Below, piece after piece: positions 1-13,520 of a stretch of DNA of 64,000 bases. The DNA lies in NCBI RefSeq assembly GCF_009914755.1, contig NC_060935.1. One strand, 5' to 3'. Origin of the DNA: the human T2T-CHM13v2.0 reference genome, Homo sapiens. The first letter of the stretch is position 1. Each line of letters begins with the position of its first letter. The position numbers and the translations under genes are program-made. The notes beneath the pieces are model-generated. The model searched no databases, was not told the origin of the DNA, and worked only from the letters and a program-made list of their open reading frames with translations.

Positions 1-1940
1 TTTTGACTTTGGCACTGGGTGAAGAAAAACTAAGAAAAGGAAAAAAAAAGTTTTGGAAATTTGTATCATAAGCTGACTCTAACACTTATTTTTCATTCAT
101 CATATTACCTGTGTTGTCTGGAAAACCTCCTGTAAAAAAAATTAATGTAAAGTAGTTTAGAGTTGGTGATACCCCCAGACAATTCTCATAAGAAAATGCA
201 AAATCAAAAAATTCAGCCTCCATCCTGGCCTCAAAGATGTCCCAGAAATAAAGCTTCCCCTCAAAAGTATCTCATAGTTAAAAATTATAAACCCACACAA
301 GAAAAAAGACAACATGAGTAAGAGCTAGCAGTAATATATCCAAAATATTTTAGAGACTGGAATCATAACACGCAAAATAAAATAGAAAATTCTTATTAAT
401 ATGCTTTAAAAGTTGAAATAAAAAAGTAAAAGAGAAGCTTGAAAATTTTGGCAAAGAAATGGAAGTTATATAAGATGACAGAGATTACCTGCAAAATCAA
501 CAAATTAATTTTTTTAAATTTCAAATTCAACAAATACTTTTTGAGTTCTTCCTATGTGCTAGGGCATGTATTAAATACTTGCACATATATTATCTATTTT
601 TACTTTCATAACAACAAATAATTCTATTAATAAGTACCAAAGTTATAAAAAACTTCATACTAAAATATTTTATTATTTTTCAATCTGGATACTTTTTTCT
701 GTTCTGTTTTCCAATTCACAGGTTATCCCTTCACCTGTACCAAATCTATCATTATTCATATCTGTTGTGTTCTTATTTTTGGTTATTAGTAATTTTTTTC
801 TAGTTTTAGAATTTCTATTTTTCTTTTTGTTCTGGCCTTTGTATTTGAGAAGTTATTTCTAGGAAAATTCCTGCTTGCTTCTTCCAGGTATCTTAACCTA
901 CCAGTCTAGTATGACCCTATTCTGAGTTCAAAGATGGAGGTTGTCCCAAATTACAGATGATTGCAAGCTGGCTGTGAGTCAGTAGGAGTACCGATTTATT
1001 TCCACCTCACCATTTTCCTGAGGGTAAAGTCATCTGGAGCCCCAGCTTAAAGACAGGGGATGTTTATTTATTTATTGAGCCCAGTCTTTGTCTTCTGCCC
1101 CTTTTTTTCACAAGACTATCAAACGGCTGCTCAGTTTTGCAGCTGTTTCTTCCAGAGCATCAAATGCCTTTGAAAGCAGCCTTAAGTGCTGGGCTCACTT
1201 CTCTAGGTTCATGTCTTTTCCTATATTTTGACCCAGTAATTTCCATCATATTAGCTAGTGACCCGAAAGGTTTCTGCAGAGTTGAGCTCAGAGAAGAAGT
1301 TGACCCAAGTGAAAAGAGGCCATTAAGCAGGCAGGCCCAACTTTCCTCTCTGGTTACAAATTTGTTTTTCCCATTAGGGCCCTTTCACTTCAACATTGTC
1401 CTAGTCATGAATGGCTCCAGGAAATAAGTATTACATCTTTAAAACTTTAGCTCACGACTATACAAAAATCTTTCTCCTTTAGCTCCCCTTAATATCTGAA
1501 AAAGGATGACATTTTCAAAACCACAGTGTCGAAACTCTAGAAGTCCATAAAAAGTAAAAGTAGAGAATTTTAGAAATCATAATAGCCATTTTTTCAAAGA
1601 ATTTGGCTTTGTTTTCTGATCCTCAAGTGAAACCTGGCGCTTCTAAAGTCCCATCAGGAGGAGAAGCAGCCCTGATAGTGATGATTGACAGGCCTAGCAG
1701 GCATGACACAATGAAAGGCCTCATGCTGCCTGGTTAAGGGCTCAAATTTATGTATTTCTCTTCAGACGTCTAATGCCTATCGCAGCCCAGAGCAGGTTGG
1801 TAAGGATACTGAGGTAGGACATTTTCAAAATCTCTCTCAAATCACCCCCAAATAATTAAGAATCTCTCTCTTTGCATTGTCCTTCACACTTTAATGAAGA
1901 GCTTTAGGACATTGACCAGGCACCCATGTTCTCCAGCTTC

Positions 1941-2223
1941 CCTGTCCAATATGATAGCCACCAGTCATGTGTGACTATGAAGCACCTACATGTGGCCAGA
2001 ATGAACTGATTCAGCTTTAAGTAAAAACTATGCAAAAAATATATAAAATATCTCAATAATTTTTATATTGACTAGGTGTTAAAATGATATTTTAGATATA
2101 TTAGATGAAATAAATGTGTTATTAAAATAAACTTTATCTGTTTTTTACTTTTTAAAATTTGACTACTAGAATATTTAAAATTATACAAGTGGCTTGCATT
2201 ATATTTCCATTGGACAGTGCTGC
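1941..2223. mobile_element. MER33/MER3-type hAT-Charlie DNA transposon remnant
   Basis: ctgtccaatatgatagccacc... at the left end and ...gtggcttgcattatatttccattggacagtgctg at the right terminus. Confidence 0.75.
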
Positions 2224-2413
2224 TCTAGGTGATCTTAGTTCTAAATACTGAATCTCTTCCTGCTGAATGGTTATTTTCTCAACTAGAATGTGTATTAAGC
2301 ATCTCCAGAAAATTCCTTTGAAAATGTTTGCCATTAACTAACAATGAGACTAATCAAATAATTATAACTCTTTGGATCTGAGTTTCTTCACATCCAAAAT
2401 GAAGAGGTTAGAC

Positions 2414-2704
2414 CAGCAGTCCCCAACCTTTTTGGCACCAGGGGGTATGGTTTCAGGATGAAACTGTTCCATGTCAGATCATCAGGCATTAGATTCTCAT
2501 AAGGAGTGCACAAACTAGATCCCTGGCATGTGCAGTTCACAATAGGATTCGCGCTTCTATGAGAATCTAATGCCACCACTGATCTGACAGGAGGCAAAGC
2601 TCAGGCCGTAATGCTTGCCCGCTGCTCACCTCCTGCTGTGTGGCCAGGTTCCTAACAGGCCACTGGCCAGTACCAGTATGCAGCCCAGGGGTTGGGGACC
2701 CCTG
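2414..2704 (-). mobile_element. MER1B (hAT-Charlie) inserted into a MIR remnant
   Basis: Terminal inverted repeats cagcagtccccaacc / ggttggggacccctg and a perfect 8-bp TSD ggttagac at 2406-2413 and 2705-2712. Confidence 0.88.
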
Positions 2705-3567
2705 GGTTAGACTGTATCTCCTCTACAGTTTCTTACAATTCTATGATTATTTCATCATAATTGTTTTAAAAAAATTTTTAAGGTATGTTCTAAGCATAAC
2801 GGTATACTTAGTTTTTAAAATTATAATGAATATATATAATTTTTAAACTTGCTTTTTAAAAAATATAAAAATAAATATTTCCTTGTTGATACAAAGACAG
2901 ACATGAAGTTATTTTATATAGCCACGCATATGCTAAAGTTGCACATTCATTTACTATATTGCTATTATAAATTTTCCCATGAAATGATTTTGTTATGAAG
3001 GTTTTTAAATTTTAAAGGTTTAGCCTATTGCTTTATTATTTATTCCCTATAATTGGTCCCTTAGCTTTTCTTCCAAAGGTCATCCTTATTCTTCATCCAT
3101 TTATGCCCCCTATATTCTCCTTTGACCATTTCCAGTTACATTTTATCTTATCCTCATTTTGCCATGTCCTCCAATTTTCTTTCATGACTAAGCTCTCTTG
3201 TCAACTCTCACTAACCCTGTTTAGGAAGATTTCCACCCTGGCCACACTCTTCCTCTCCTTTAGACTGGAGCTTTCCTGGTCTCATCCCTTTCAAAACAAA
3301 CTTACCTGAAAATATCTAATAATAAGGACATTTCAAGGTGAATTCAAGTCTTTACTGTTACTTCTTACTAGCAGGGTAGGGAACAGGTATTTGCATTTTA
3401 AATCTTAACTCTCATCCTGAAATGAAAACCTTTATTCGTATTAAATTGAATGGGATGTTCCTATTCTATATTTAAATTTTCCTAAAATCCATTATAGTAT
3501 GTGTCTTCTTAAATGTTTTTGCAAGCATTCCCCTGCACCTATTCTTCTATGTGAAAACATGAAACCT

Positions 3568-3914
<347 letters not shown>

Positions 3915-5379
3915 CTAAAGAAACCGACTCAACCTTAATGTTTGGAGAACACTGGATTTGGAGTAAGATGATCTAGGTTTACATCTTGATGTATCATCCA
4001 TTTCAAGTGCAAATCCATGGACAAATCCATGGACATATCCTTCATTCTCTCTAAGCCTGGGTTTCCTAATCTTCTGAAAGAAGCTATTAATAACACCTGA
4101 TACACTTGCTGAGTGTATTTCTGAGCCTCTAAAGAAATAATGAACATGGAAGCACTTAGCAATGTTACATAGCCTTAGTGATCTTGGGCATCCTGAGATT
4201 TCATTAAATTTCGTTCCTAGTTCCATTTTCCCTTCCTTGGGTTAGAAAAAATACATTGACCCATTCAATTCAGATAAGAATAAAGAATATACGCGTTTTC
4301 AGAATAATGAAAAGTTTCAAGTTAAGATAACACAGTCACTCTCTTCATGCAAACATGAGAGCTATGAAACACCTGTTAGAACTGATATCCCAGGTGACCG
4401 TATACAATTCATCTATGAAGCTCAATTTGTCAAGAAACAGCATAATGGTTTTATAAAATTCAGATGGGACCTGGACGGAGGGATGTGGGTGCGCATTAAA
4501 TTCATAGAATATTAAAGTAGCAAATTAGCGTTAAAGTGATGAAAGTAAAGTGCAAATAAAAGACTTTAAGAATTAAGTAGTCGACTCCATGTGTTAGGAA
4601 GGAATTATTTGGTTAAAATAAATCAAATACAAAATTCAAGTGCTTAAAACAAATCACTCAAGATGTCAGTTGGAAAACATATATTCTTTCCTATTATTTC
4701 CTCTATGAAATGGAGACAGAAAATCTGTCATCAATGACTCTTGGAATTTGGTGGAAAAAGGAAAGAATCTGGAATCAGTCCCGTTGAGTTTCGTTCCAGC
4801 TTCTCCTCTTAGAAGCTATTCTCTTCTCCCTGAAGGGAGGCAACACCGTCCGTTCGCCTGACTGGCAGTGTTTTAAGGACCCATCGCGCTTGACGGGAAA
4901 GTCAGGTACAAGCTGATGCTGTTATCACCACAGGAACCAGGGGCTGAGCGGTGAAATCCAGCTCCTCCCAGCTGGAAGACACTAGGGTGAACGGAGATAA
5001 AAGCAGTTCTCTTTACCCGAAGTTTATTTCTTTTTCATGCCACTTCAAATTTGGGTAAGAGGAAAGAGGGCCAAGGGGATTTAAGGAACCTGGATGATGA
5101 ATCCCCAGCGGTTTACAGTTCCTTCGTGATCTATTTGGTTCATTCATTCAACAAGTATTTCCGGGCTGCAGCTTGGGTGCCCAGCCTTGGGGTAGGCAGT
5201 GGGACTACAAAGAGGAAAGGACCCAGAATAGAGGGGGCACTGGACGTATAACTGCGGGACAGCGAGGTCGCGCTCGCGCGGGGTGAGGTTGGAGGCAGCC
5301 GAGGAGCCCCACAGGGCAGCGCCTGCCGCCGTCGCCGCGCCCATCCCCCACTCCGACGGCCACGAGTTCGGGCCGCGAC

Positions 5380-5393
5380 GTCCCCATGGCAAC
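5380..5393. promoter_or_regulatory. RFX X-box motif (GTCCCCATGGCAAC)
   Basis: 12/14 match to the palindromic X-box GTTGCCATGGCAAC, with a perfect GGCAAC half-site, in the promoter of a ciliogenesis gene. Confidence 0.75.
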
Positions 5394-5499
5394 ACGCGGC
5401 GGCGCCGCGCGCGGGGAGGGAGAGGCCCAACTGCCTCGTTGGTCGCGCGGCGGGAGGGCCCAGGCGGCGGGAGCGCGGCGGCGGGTGGCGGGGCCCCTT

Positions 5500-5584
5500 G
5501 GGGCGGGCCTGGCGGGGCGGGAGGTGACATACGCGGTCCTGCGCCCTCGCCTCAGACCTCTCGGGCGAGCGCGGCGCAGCGCAG
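5500..5584 (+). other. DEUP1: Probable non-coding first exon of DEUP1 (5' end uncertain)
   Basis: Donor CAG|GTAATG at 5584/5585 inside the CpG island. The next exon starts with 5'UTR sequence at 7028, so an upstream non-coding exon is required. Confidence 0.6.
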
Positions 5585-6613
5585 GTAATGGCTCCTGGCC
5601 TTCCCGGCCCCGCCTCGCCCCTGACCCTCACCCAAAGGCCAGGCTGCGCGGGTCCTCGAGCGGGACAGGGGAACCCCAAAAGGGCGGCCGCTCTGCGGGA
5701 GGCTGGGCTTGAACCGAGCGCGGGTCCTGGAGGGGCGCGTGGCGCGGGGACAGAGGCTGGGAGGGGAGGCCCGCGCTTGCAAATCCAGAGCAGAGCTGCG
5801 CCCTAAGTTAGAAGGACTGGGCTTCAGTTGTGTGGCCTTGGGCAAGCCACTTAACTTGTCTGTGCCTCAGTTTCCCTGACGTTTAAGTGAGATATTTGAG
5901 AATCTACAAAACCATTTATTGGTCTGCTCCTTCTGGTCAAGTTTTCCTTCACCATCCCTGCTCCTCTCCGCTCTGTCTCTCTTAATTCCAGGGTCTCTCT
6001 TAAAACTCTTCGATTTGGAAGTGATGTGAGCTCGAATCTTCCTCCTCTTTCTACCTCCTTGAATGTTCTTTAATTGACTTTTATTCAGTGATTCGGAGGA
6101 GTTGAAGTCCTTTTCAATACTTTCTCCAGTTATCGTCATAGATTATTTTTTAACTAAAATTGTGTTACTGAGAAAAACTTTTTTTTTTTTTTTACTTTAG
6201 GCAAATGCTAACATCCCTATTTTGTCAAGAGGTGAGCCAGTGCCCATAGAGCCATTGAAGAATTTCAAGATTTCTTTTTAAAGGCATTCTTAGCCTTTCT
6301 GTCCTAAATCTCATAGTTATAGTCATCCTAACAAAACCCAGATAGGGCCAAAGAAAGAATGTACTCAAATAAAGGCACACCTTTAGGGGAACCACAAGAA
6401 TAGAAAGTTTGAGAACATCTGGCTAGAATTTCTCTTTTAATGGGAATTCTGTTTTACTCATTCTCATGTACTGAGCCGTTTGCGAACAACGTAGTACAAG
6501 CTATTATTCAATAAGTAGTAAATGGATGCTCATTTTAGTCCGTACCACATATTTCAATAAATCACTAAGTCAATATCGTAAATGCATAGGGGTCGCTAAA
6601 CAAAAAACTCAAG

Positions 6614-6935
<322 letters not shown>

Positions 6936-7071
6936 CTAAATGGTTTTTGCCAGTAGCAAAATTTTCATGTTTTATAGGTTAAAGAATATAAACATTTTAG
7001 GAACTTGTATCATTTTCCTCCTAACAGATTAAAAATCAAGAAATATAAACCAGATGTAGCAGTTTCTTGAC

Positions 7072-7100
7072 ATGGAGAACCAAGCCCATAATACGATGGG
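7072..7100 (+). CDS. DEUP1: DEUP1 coding exon 1 (exon spans 7028-7100; MENQAHNTM-G)
   Basis: Acceptor ttttcctcctaacag| at 7027, ATG in strong context (gacATGg), donor GG|gtaagt. The 29 coding nt (phase 2) join in frame to 30188 and match the recalled DEUP1 N-terminus. Confidence 0.92.
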
Positions 7101-7984
7101 GTAAGTGCTGAGAAATTTCTGTTTAATAAGTATGTGCTTAACTGTGCCAAAAACTTCCTGAGAACACATGAATTTTGAAATTTACTATTAATAGAAGGAT
7201 ATGCCAATTATTTTTGGTGAGGCGGATGAGAGGAAATATGAAGTGACTGTAATTAAGGATTATAATGCGAGACTTTCTGATTTTGACACTACAGATCTGC
7301 ACTCAAAAATCACTGTTTTCCAACTTTTAGTGACTGTCCAATATCTAAGGGTGGTGGATGCGGAGGCAGGCCTCGTGTGCTCTTCTGTTACCACAATGCA
7401 ACCTTTCTTCGCCAGCTTGCTCCTTTTTTGCCGCATTGAGTATCTCAAGTTTCCCTCTACTCTTGCCCCTTAAGGCTGAACTCAACACTTAAACATAGCC
7501 TGAGAATAGATGCAACTCCGTAAAAACATCATCAAGAACTAGATATCTTACCAAAAGTTTCACGAAGAGATAAGAATAAAATTTGTATAGCATTTGTCAT
7601 TGTAGAAAATCAAATTCCTGTTTACAAATATCTGTCCTAACTCTTTACCTGCTACCTGCATCACAGAGTTTTCTCTTCCTATTGTTTCACTAGCCAACTG
7701 ACCACTGGCTGAACACAGAGTTTGGGGAATGAAGGGGTGAAGGGGTGGTTGTATAGTGCCTAATCTTGATTGCAACTGACTTTGGCGCTAGTCACACCAC
7801 TTCAGGTGTCTCACTTTCAGAAATTCTGCCCAGACCATAACTTTGATGTCAGGCTGAAAGAAAGCTGCACAAGTTTGGATAATAATCATAGCTATCACTT
7901 TTTAGCTCCCACTGCATACTCCTTCTTACAACAGCCCTGCTAGGTATTATTCTCATTTTACAACTAAGAAAAGTAAATATATTC

Positions 7985-8471
7985 GAGTACAGTCTAAGCT
8001 CTTATAACAAAGAGACTCCAAAAACAGCAGCTTAAATAAGATTGAAGATTATGTCTGTTTCATATAGTCGTCACAGGTGCTGCGCTCACCCAAGATACAC
8101 GGACCAGGATTGGTTTGGCAACTCTGCCATCTTCATTAATGATTTCTATCTCTAGGACCAAAGTGGTTGTTTCAGCTCCCACCATCATAAGTGTGCTCTG
8201 CCATCATGACTGTGCTCCTTCCATAGGGAAGGAGAAAGGCAAGAAGAGAGAGTAAGACCTTTTCTTTTAGGAGTATAACATGGAAATGGCAGGTCTCGCT
8301 TCTGTTCACTTTCCATTGGCCAGAACTTTATCCCAGAGTTACAACTAGCAGCAAGAAAGGCTGGGGAATATGGTCTGTAACTAGGTAGCCATATGACCAG
8401 ATGAAGCTTAGAAGTTCTAGAACAAAGGAGGAAGAATGGATATTGCTGAAAAACTAGCATCCTCTACCACA
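7985..8471. mobile_element. Old MLT1 (MaLR) LTR inserted in a MIR
   Basis: MLT1-like motifs (cagcttaaataag; ccattggccagaac; aaggctgggga). MIR halves lie on either side at ~7880-7975 and ~8472-8580. Confidence 0.6.
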
Positions 8472-10648
8472 TTGAGGCTCAGAAAGGTAGAAAGACAAAA
8501 AAAGCAGGAGCTCATCCTAGAATATACACCAGGTTAGTAGAGAAAGTAGGATTTGAATTCAGGTATGCCTGGCTCCAATCCCTGTGTTCCTTCCTACATT
8601 GGAAATGGATGGCAATGAGATGCAGGGAGCAGCCTGCCTGGTATCCATAGCAGAGCCAGGTTAGGATTCTGGGTTAAGTATGTGTTGGGTCCCTGGTGTG
8701 ATGATAGCACTAAGAGCTAAGATGCAGATTGAAGATGTTGAACCTAAGGTTGGGTCCCAGATATCACTTCACTCCTACAAATCCAAGGCCATGGAGTCAT
8801 TTAAGAAACAGACCTTGTCTTTAAAGAACTTAGAATTTAGTAAGGAACAGTAGAACTTGTTTGGGTATGGTGTAATTACAACCCCCCAAGTTAATGAGAG
8901 TTTTTAGAGGTTTTCCTGAGGTACTGTTCCACTCATCACAGTAGACATGGGTCCACACACTGCCTACCACGGTCTCCAAAGCATGGAGACCCCAGGTTGG
9001 CATTGCCTCAGTCCCACATGCTATTGAGAGTTATGTATAAATCTAGATCATGAATACAATAAAACTTCATCATCAGGGACTTGTTATGTAGCTTATTAAA
9101 CCATGTCATCTACATATACAGTAATGTTTTGTGGAGCAGCCTACATTTAACAGATACCTATTTAGAGTCTACTGTGAGCTACTTACTGGTCTAGGCACCA
9201 GGAAGGTAGCAGTGAACAAAATAGACAACTTCTTCTCAAGGGGCTTATACCATAGTGGAAGAGACAGATAATAAACGTATAAATTTGTATCATATGGTGA
9301 TATGAAGAAAAATAAAGCAGGCTAAGGGTGGGAAAAATAGAGAGTGTGAATGGAGTGGTCAAATAAAGATACTTTGGTAAGGCAGCATTCGAGCAGAGAT
9401 TATATCTGGGGAAAAGATTACACAGAGCAGGAGCAGAAAGTGCCAAGGCCTATGGTGGGAGCTTTCCCACAGAACATTTTCAGTGTGAGTGAATCAATAT
9501 TCTCTGATATCATGGTTATAACCGGGTTTGATGTTAATTTATCCATGATTTCTTCCAATTATAGGTGTTTGTATTTGTGCCATAATAATCTAAACTCCTT
9601 GTAATTGAAACTCAATTTTATGTTTGTTCTTTTTGTTTTTAAAGTGTGTTTCCAGAACATAATTATAGAATGAGTAAGTGATCCCTTTTATTGGCCTTTT
9701 TAAGAAAACCTTCTCTAGGTTTTGCTTTGTTTTTGTTTTCTTATTCATGAATTTCTACTTACTAGTTTTCCCTTTTATGGTTTATTCTATCTTGTTCCCA
9801 TGGGTTGAAAAATGTGCTTCAGTTATTTTCATGATTTCTGGATTTCATGATTTCTTTAAATAATAAAAGCATGTAAGTTTCCTCCTGAGCACAGCTTTGC
9901 TGCCTGCCATAGGGTTAGTGTTCTCACCATCATTTTCTAAATAATCTATCATTTCAAATTTGATATCTTCTTTGACTCAAGAGATATTTACAAAATGTAA
10001 TTTCAAGGGGCATTTAGTTATCTTTTTATTATTACTTTTTAATCTTTCTACTGTCATAGTCATAGGATATGGACTATATGATTTTGACTCTGTCAATTTC
10101 ACTAAGATTATTCTTGTAGTCTATTGCAGGATCAACTTTTATTAATGTCCTTTGGGTATTTGAAAACACATGTATGTTCTCTTTTGGTTGAGTAAAAAGG
10201 CTAAAAAAGTTATATAATCAAACATTTTAATTGTTGTTATTATGTTTAACTTGTGTTTTTCAAGTACAGTTACATTAATTTTTGTTTATTTGATCTGTCA
10301 AATTCTAAGGAAGATCTTCACTATAATTGTAGTTTGTCTAGTCCTTCTTGTATTACTAACAATTTTTGGTTTACATATTTCAGTGTTCTGTTGCTTGATG
10401 TGTCAAGGTTTATGCGTATATCTTCTCAGCATATTATATGATTAACATTATAAAATATAGCACAAGTATAAACTAATGTTTTCTGTTTTAATTCTACTTT
10501 GCCTGATATTAATATTACCATCCCTGCTTTCTTTTTAGTTTACTTTAATCAATAATATCTTTGTTCATCACCTTGTTTTCAACCTTTTTTAGGTCATACC
10601 AAGTTTTTCTCCACATATAAATAGCATATGGTTAGATTAACAAATAGA

Positions 10649-11228
<580 letters not shown>

Positions 11229-13220
11229 CGGGCTTATTGACAGTGGTCTTTACTCCATAGTCATCAGACTAGGCAGTTTCCTTGCAGGACCCCAGGTCAC
11301 TCTCTTTCAGTCTTTTGTCTCAGGCTAATCAGATTCCAGAGAATTCTAATTTCCTACCTGGAGAGTATACCAGCATTCTGGGAGCTGAAAAGGATGAGGG
11401 GGCTGAATTCAGACTTACATTGTTGACCTTAACCCCCCCAGTTTCCAGTACAGTGGTCCTGCCATCTACTGTACCTGGTGTTCCCCAACCCCAGTCCAGA
11501 GCCTTTCTGTTTTAGCTTCTCCAGAGAATATGCCTGGATTCGAATGCCAGTGAGGAGATCTAGGAGTCAACCCCTTCTTAGCCATTCCTCCTGTTTTCAG
11601 GCTGACACTCACTTGCTACTTCCAGATGTATCTAGTTGGTTTGCTACTTGGCTTTGTCCACTGCTAGTTCCTGTTATTTTTATCCTTCTAGGTTTGACCT
11701 TCTAGGTTAAAAATATCCCTTTACTTTGTGTTAGTAGGATTTGGGGAGGGAACAAAATGTGTGTGCATACATCTTCAACCAAATTCTCATTTTTCTCTAC
11801 TGAATCTTTTACTGTACCTTTTATTCTGTGACTTTTATCTTAGCCATTGATCTCATTCATAGAATCTTGTCAAATGCTTCCTAAACATCTAGGTACTGCT
11901 ACGTGATCCACCAGATTCTTCTTATCTGCTGTGAAAGTCATTATTTTCAAAGAACCAAGGTAGATGAATATTAAATCATAACTTCTTGCATCTGATTCAA
12001 AAGGTCCTTTAAAACTATACTCTTTTTGTGTGCATCTTTCTTAACCCTTAAAGTATTCTTTCCCTCTGAGATATATTAATCATCTTTACTTTACTTACCA
12101 GGTTCTTGACTTTATGAATCATAACTTTACTTACCAGGTTCTTGATGAGTTAAACACAGTTTTAATTACAGTTTATAAAATAAAATCTAATTTTTCTGAT
12201 GTAAGTCAACATATTGGTACCTGAATAAATTATATATTATTTTTGCACATTGAAAATTCTTTTTAAATTTGGTTAATTCCCTTGCTTTCTGGTTAGCCCA
12301 GACTGTACCCCCTTACTCTCCCTCTCTTCATACTTTATTCACCTCCCCCCATATACACGTATATTCCTCCCCAGAGTAATCAAACTGGACAAGTTCTTCC
12401 AGTTTCTTGTATCTCTGAAGAAGAAACAAAGTAAAGTACATCTGGGTTAAAATCCTGACATGTCAAACTTGACGGTAGACTCTGAAATGTTAGCAGTGCT
12501 GAGTGACTGTAGGAATTAAATGCATGATTTTGAAAGGAAGGAAAGTCATTAGGAAGGAGAGAGAGGGAGGAAGGAAATAAGGAAAGAAAGGGAAGATTTC
12601 TACAAGAGACCTAATCAAACTGCTAGTAAGTTTAAGGAAAGATGAAAAAGTACCACTGTGTAGGATAAATTTGCACATACGTTTTACAGGAAAATCTTTA
12701 CAAAAGATTAGTTACAACATACATTTTCTTAAAAATCTGATATGTGTGAATGTAGATATGTACATCAGGTGCATCCCACCTAACCTGACCTGGTTGTCTA
12801 TGGTGCTTAGTTGTATGGCACCTTGGAACCACCTGGGACTTTGTGAGCCTCTAATCAGAGCACTGGTGAAACAGAGAAGTGCTAAAAACATGAATATTAC
12901 AGATATGTGATGAGTGCGTTTGTTCTCTCCCCAAAAGAAAGAAGCAGTCTCATTGGACAGCAGTTAGTATAAAAGTTGTACCCTCCTTGAACTCAAGAAG
13001 CAGAAGGAAAAGGAGAAATAGAGACAAAAATAGAAAAGCTGGCAAGAGAAGTAGCAACACAAGTATCAGTGGTAATAAGAACGTTAAGAAGTTGGTCCTA
13101 TAACACTATAGGCCAGCGTATTCCAGGGGCCCTAGCTCTGTTCAGCAATGTTTTGTCTTCTCTTCTGTCACACCACAGGGACAAGCACAGTGCCTGACAT
13201 AGGGTAATTATGCAGTCAAC

Positions 13221-13520
13221 TTTTTTTTTTTTTTTTTCCTGAGGCAGGGTCTTGCTCTGTCACCCAGGCTGGAGTACAGTGGTGTGATCTTGGCTTCCTG
13301 CAATGTCAGCCTCCTGGGCTCAAGCAATCCTCCACCTCAGCCTCCTGAGTAGCTGGGAGGTACACACCACCAAGACTGGCAATCTTTTTGTTTTGTTTTT
13401 TGTAGTGGTAGGGTCTCACTATGTTGCCTAGGTTGGTTTTGAACTCCTGGACTCAAGCAATCCTCCCACTTTGGCCTCCCAAAGTGCTAGAATTACAGGC
13501 ATGAACCACTGCTCCCAGCT
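13221..13520 (-). mobile_element. AluJ inserted in an L2 3' end
   Basis: Antisense Alu with AluJ features (ctcaagcaatcctccc); TSD cagtcaac at 13213-13220 and 13521-13528. Confidence 0.88.

Larger units (their letters stand above)
5240..5805. promoter_or_regulatory. DEUP1: CpG island / DEUP1 promoter
   Basis: Abrupt GC- and CpG-rich block in an AT-rich background, with GC boxes GGGGCGGG at 5500-5507 and 5514-5521. Lies ~1.3-1.8 kb upstream of the first coding exon. Confidence 0.92.

Noticed and set aside
5140-5845. Overlapping 60-179 aa ORFs on both strands in the GC-rich block
   Set aside because: Low-complexity Pro/Gly/Ala/Arg translations are expected where stop codons are scarce in a CpG island. 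No recognisable domain.
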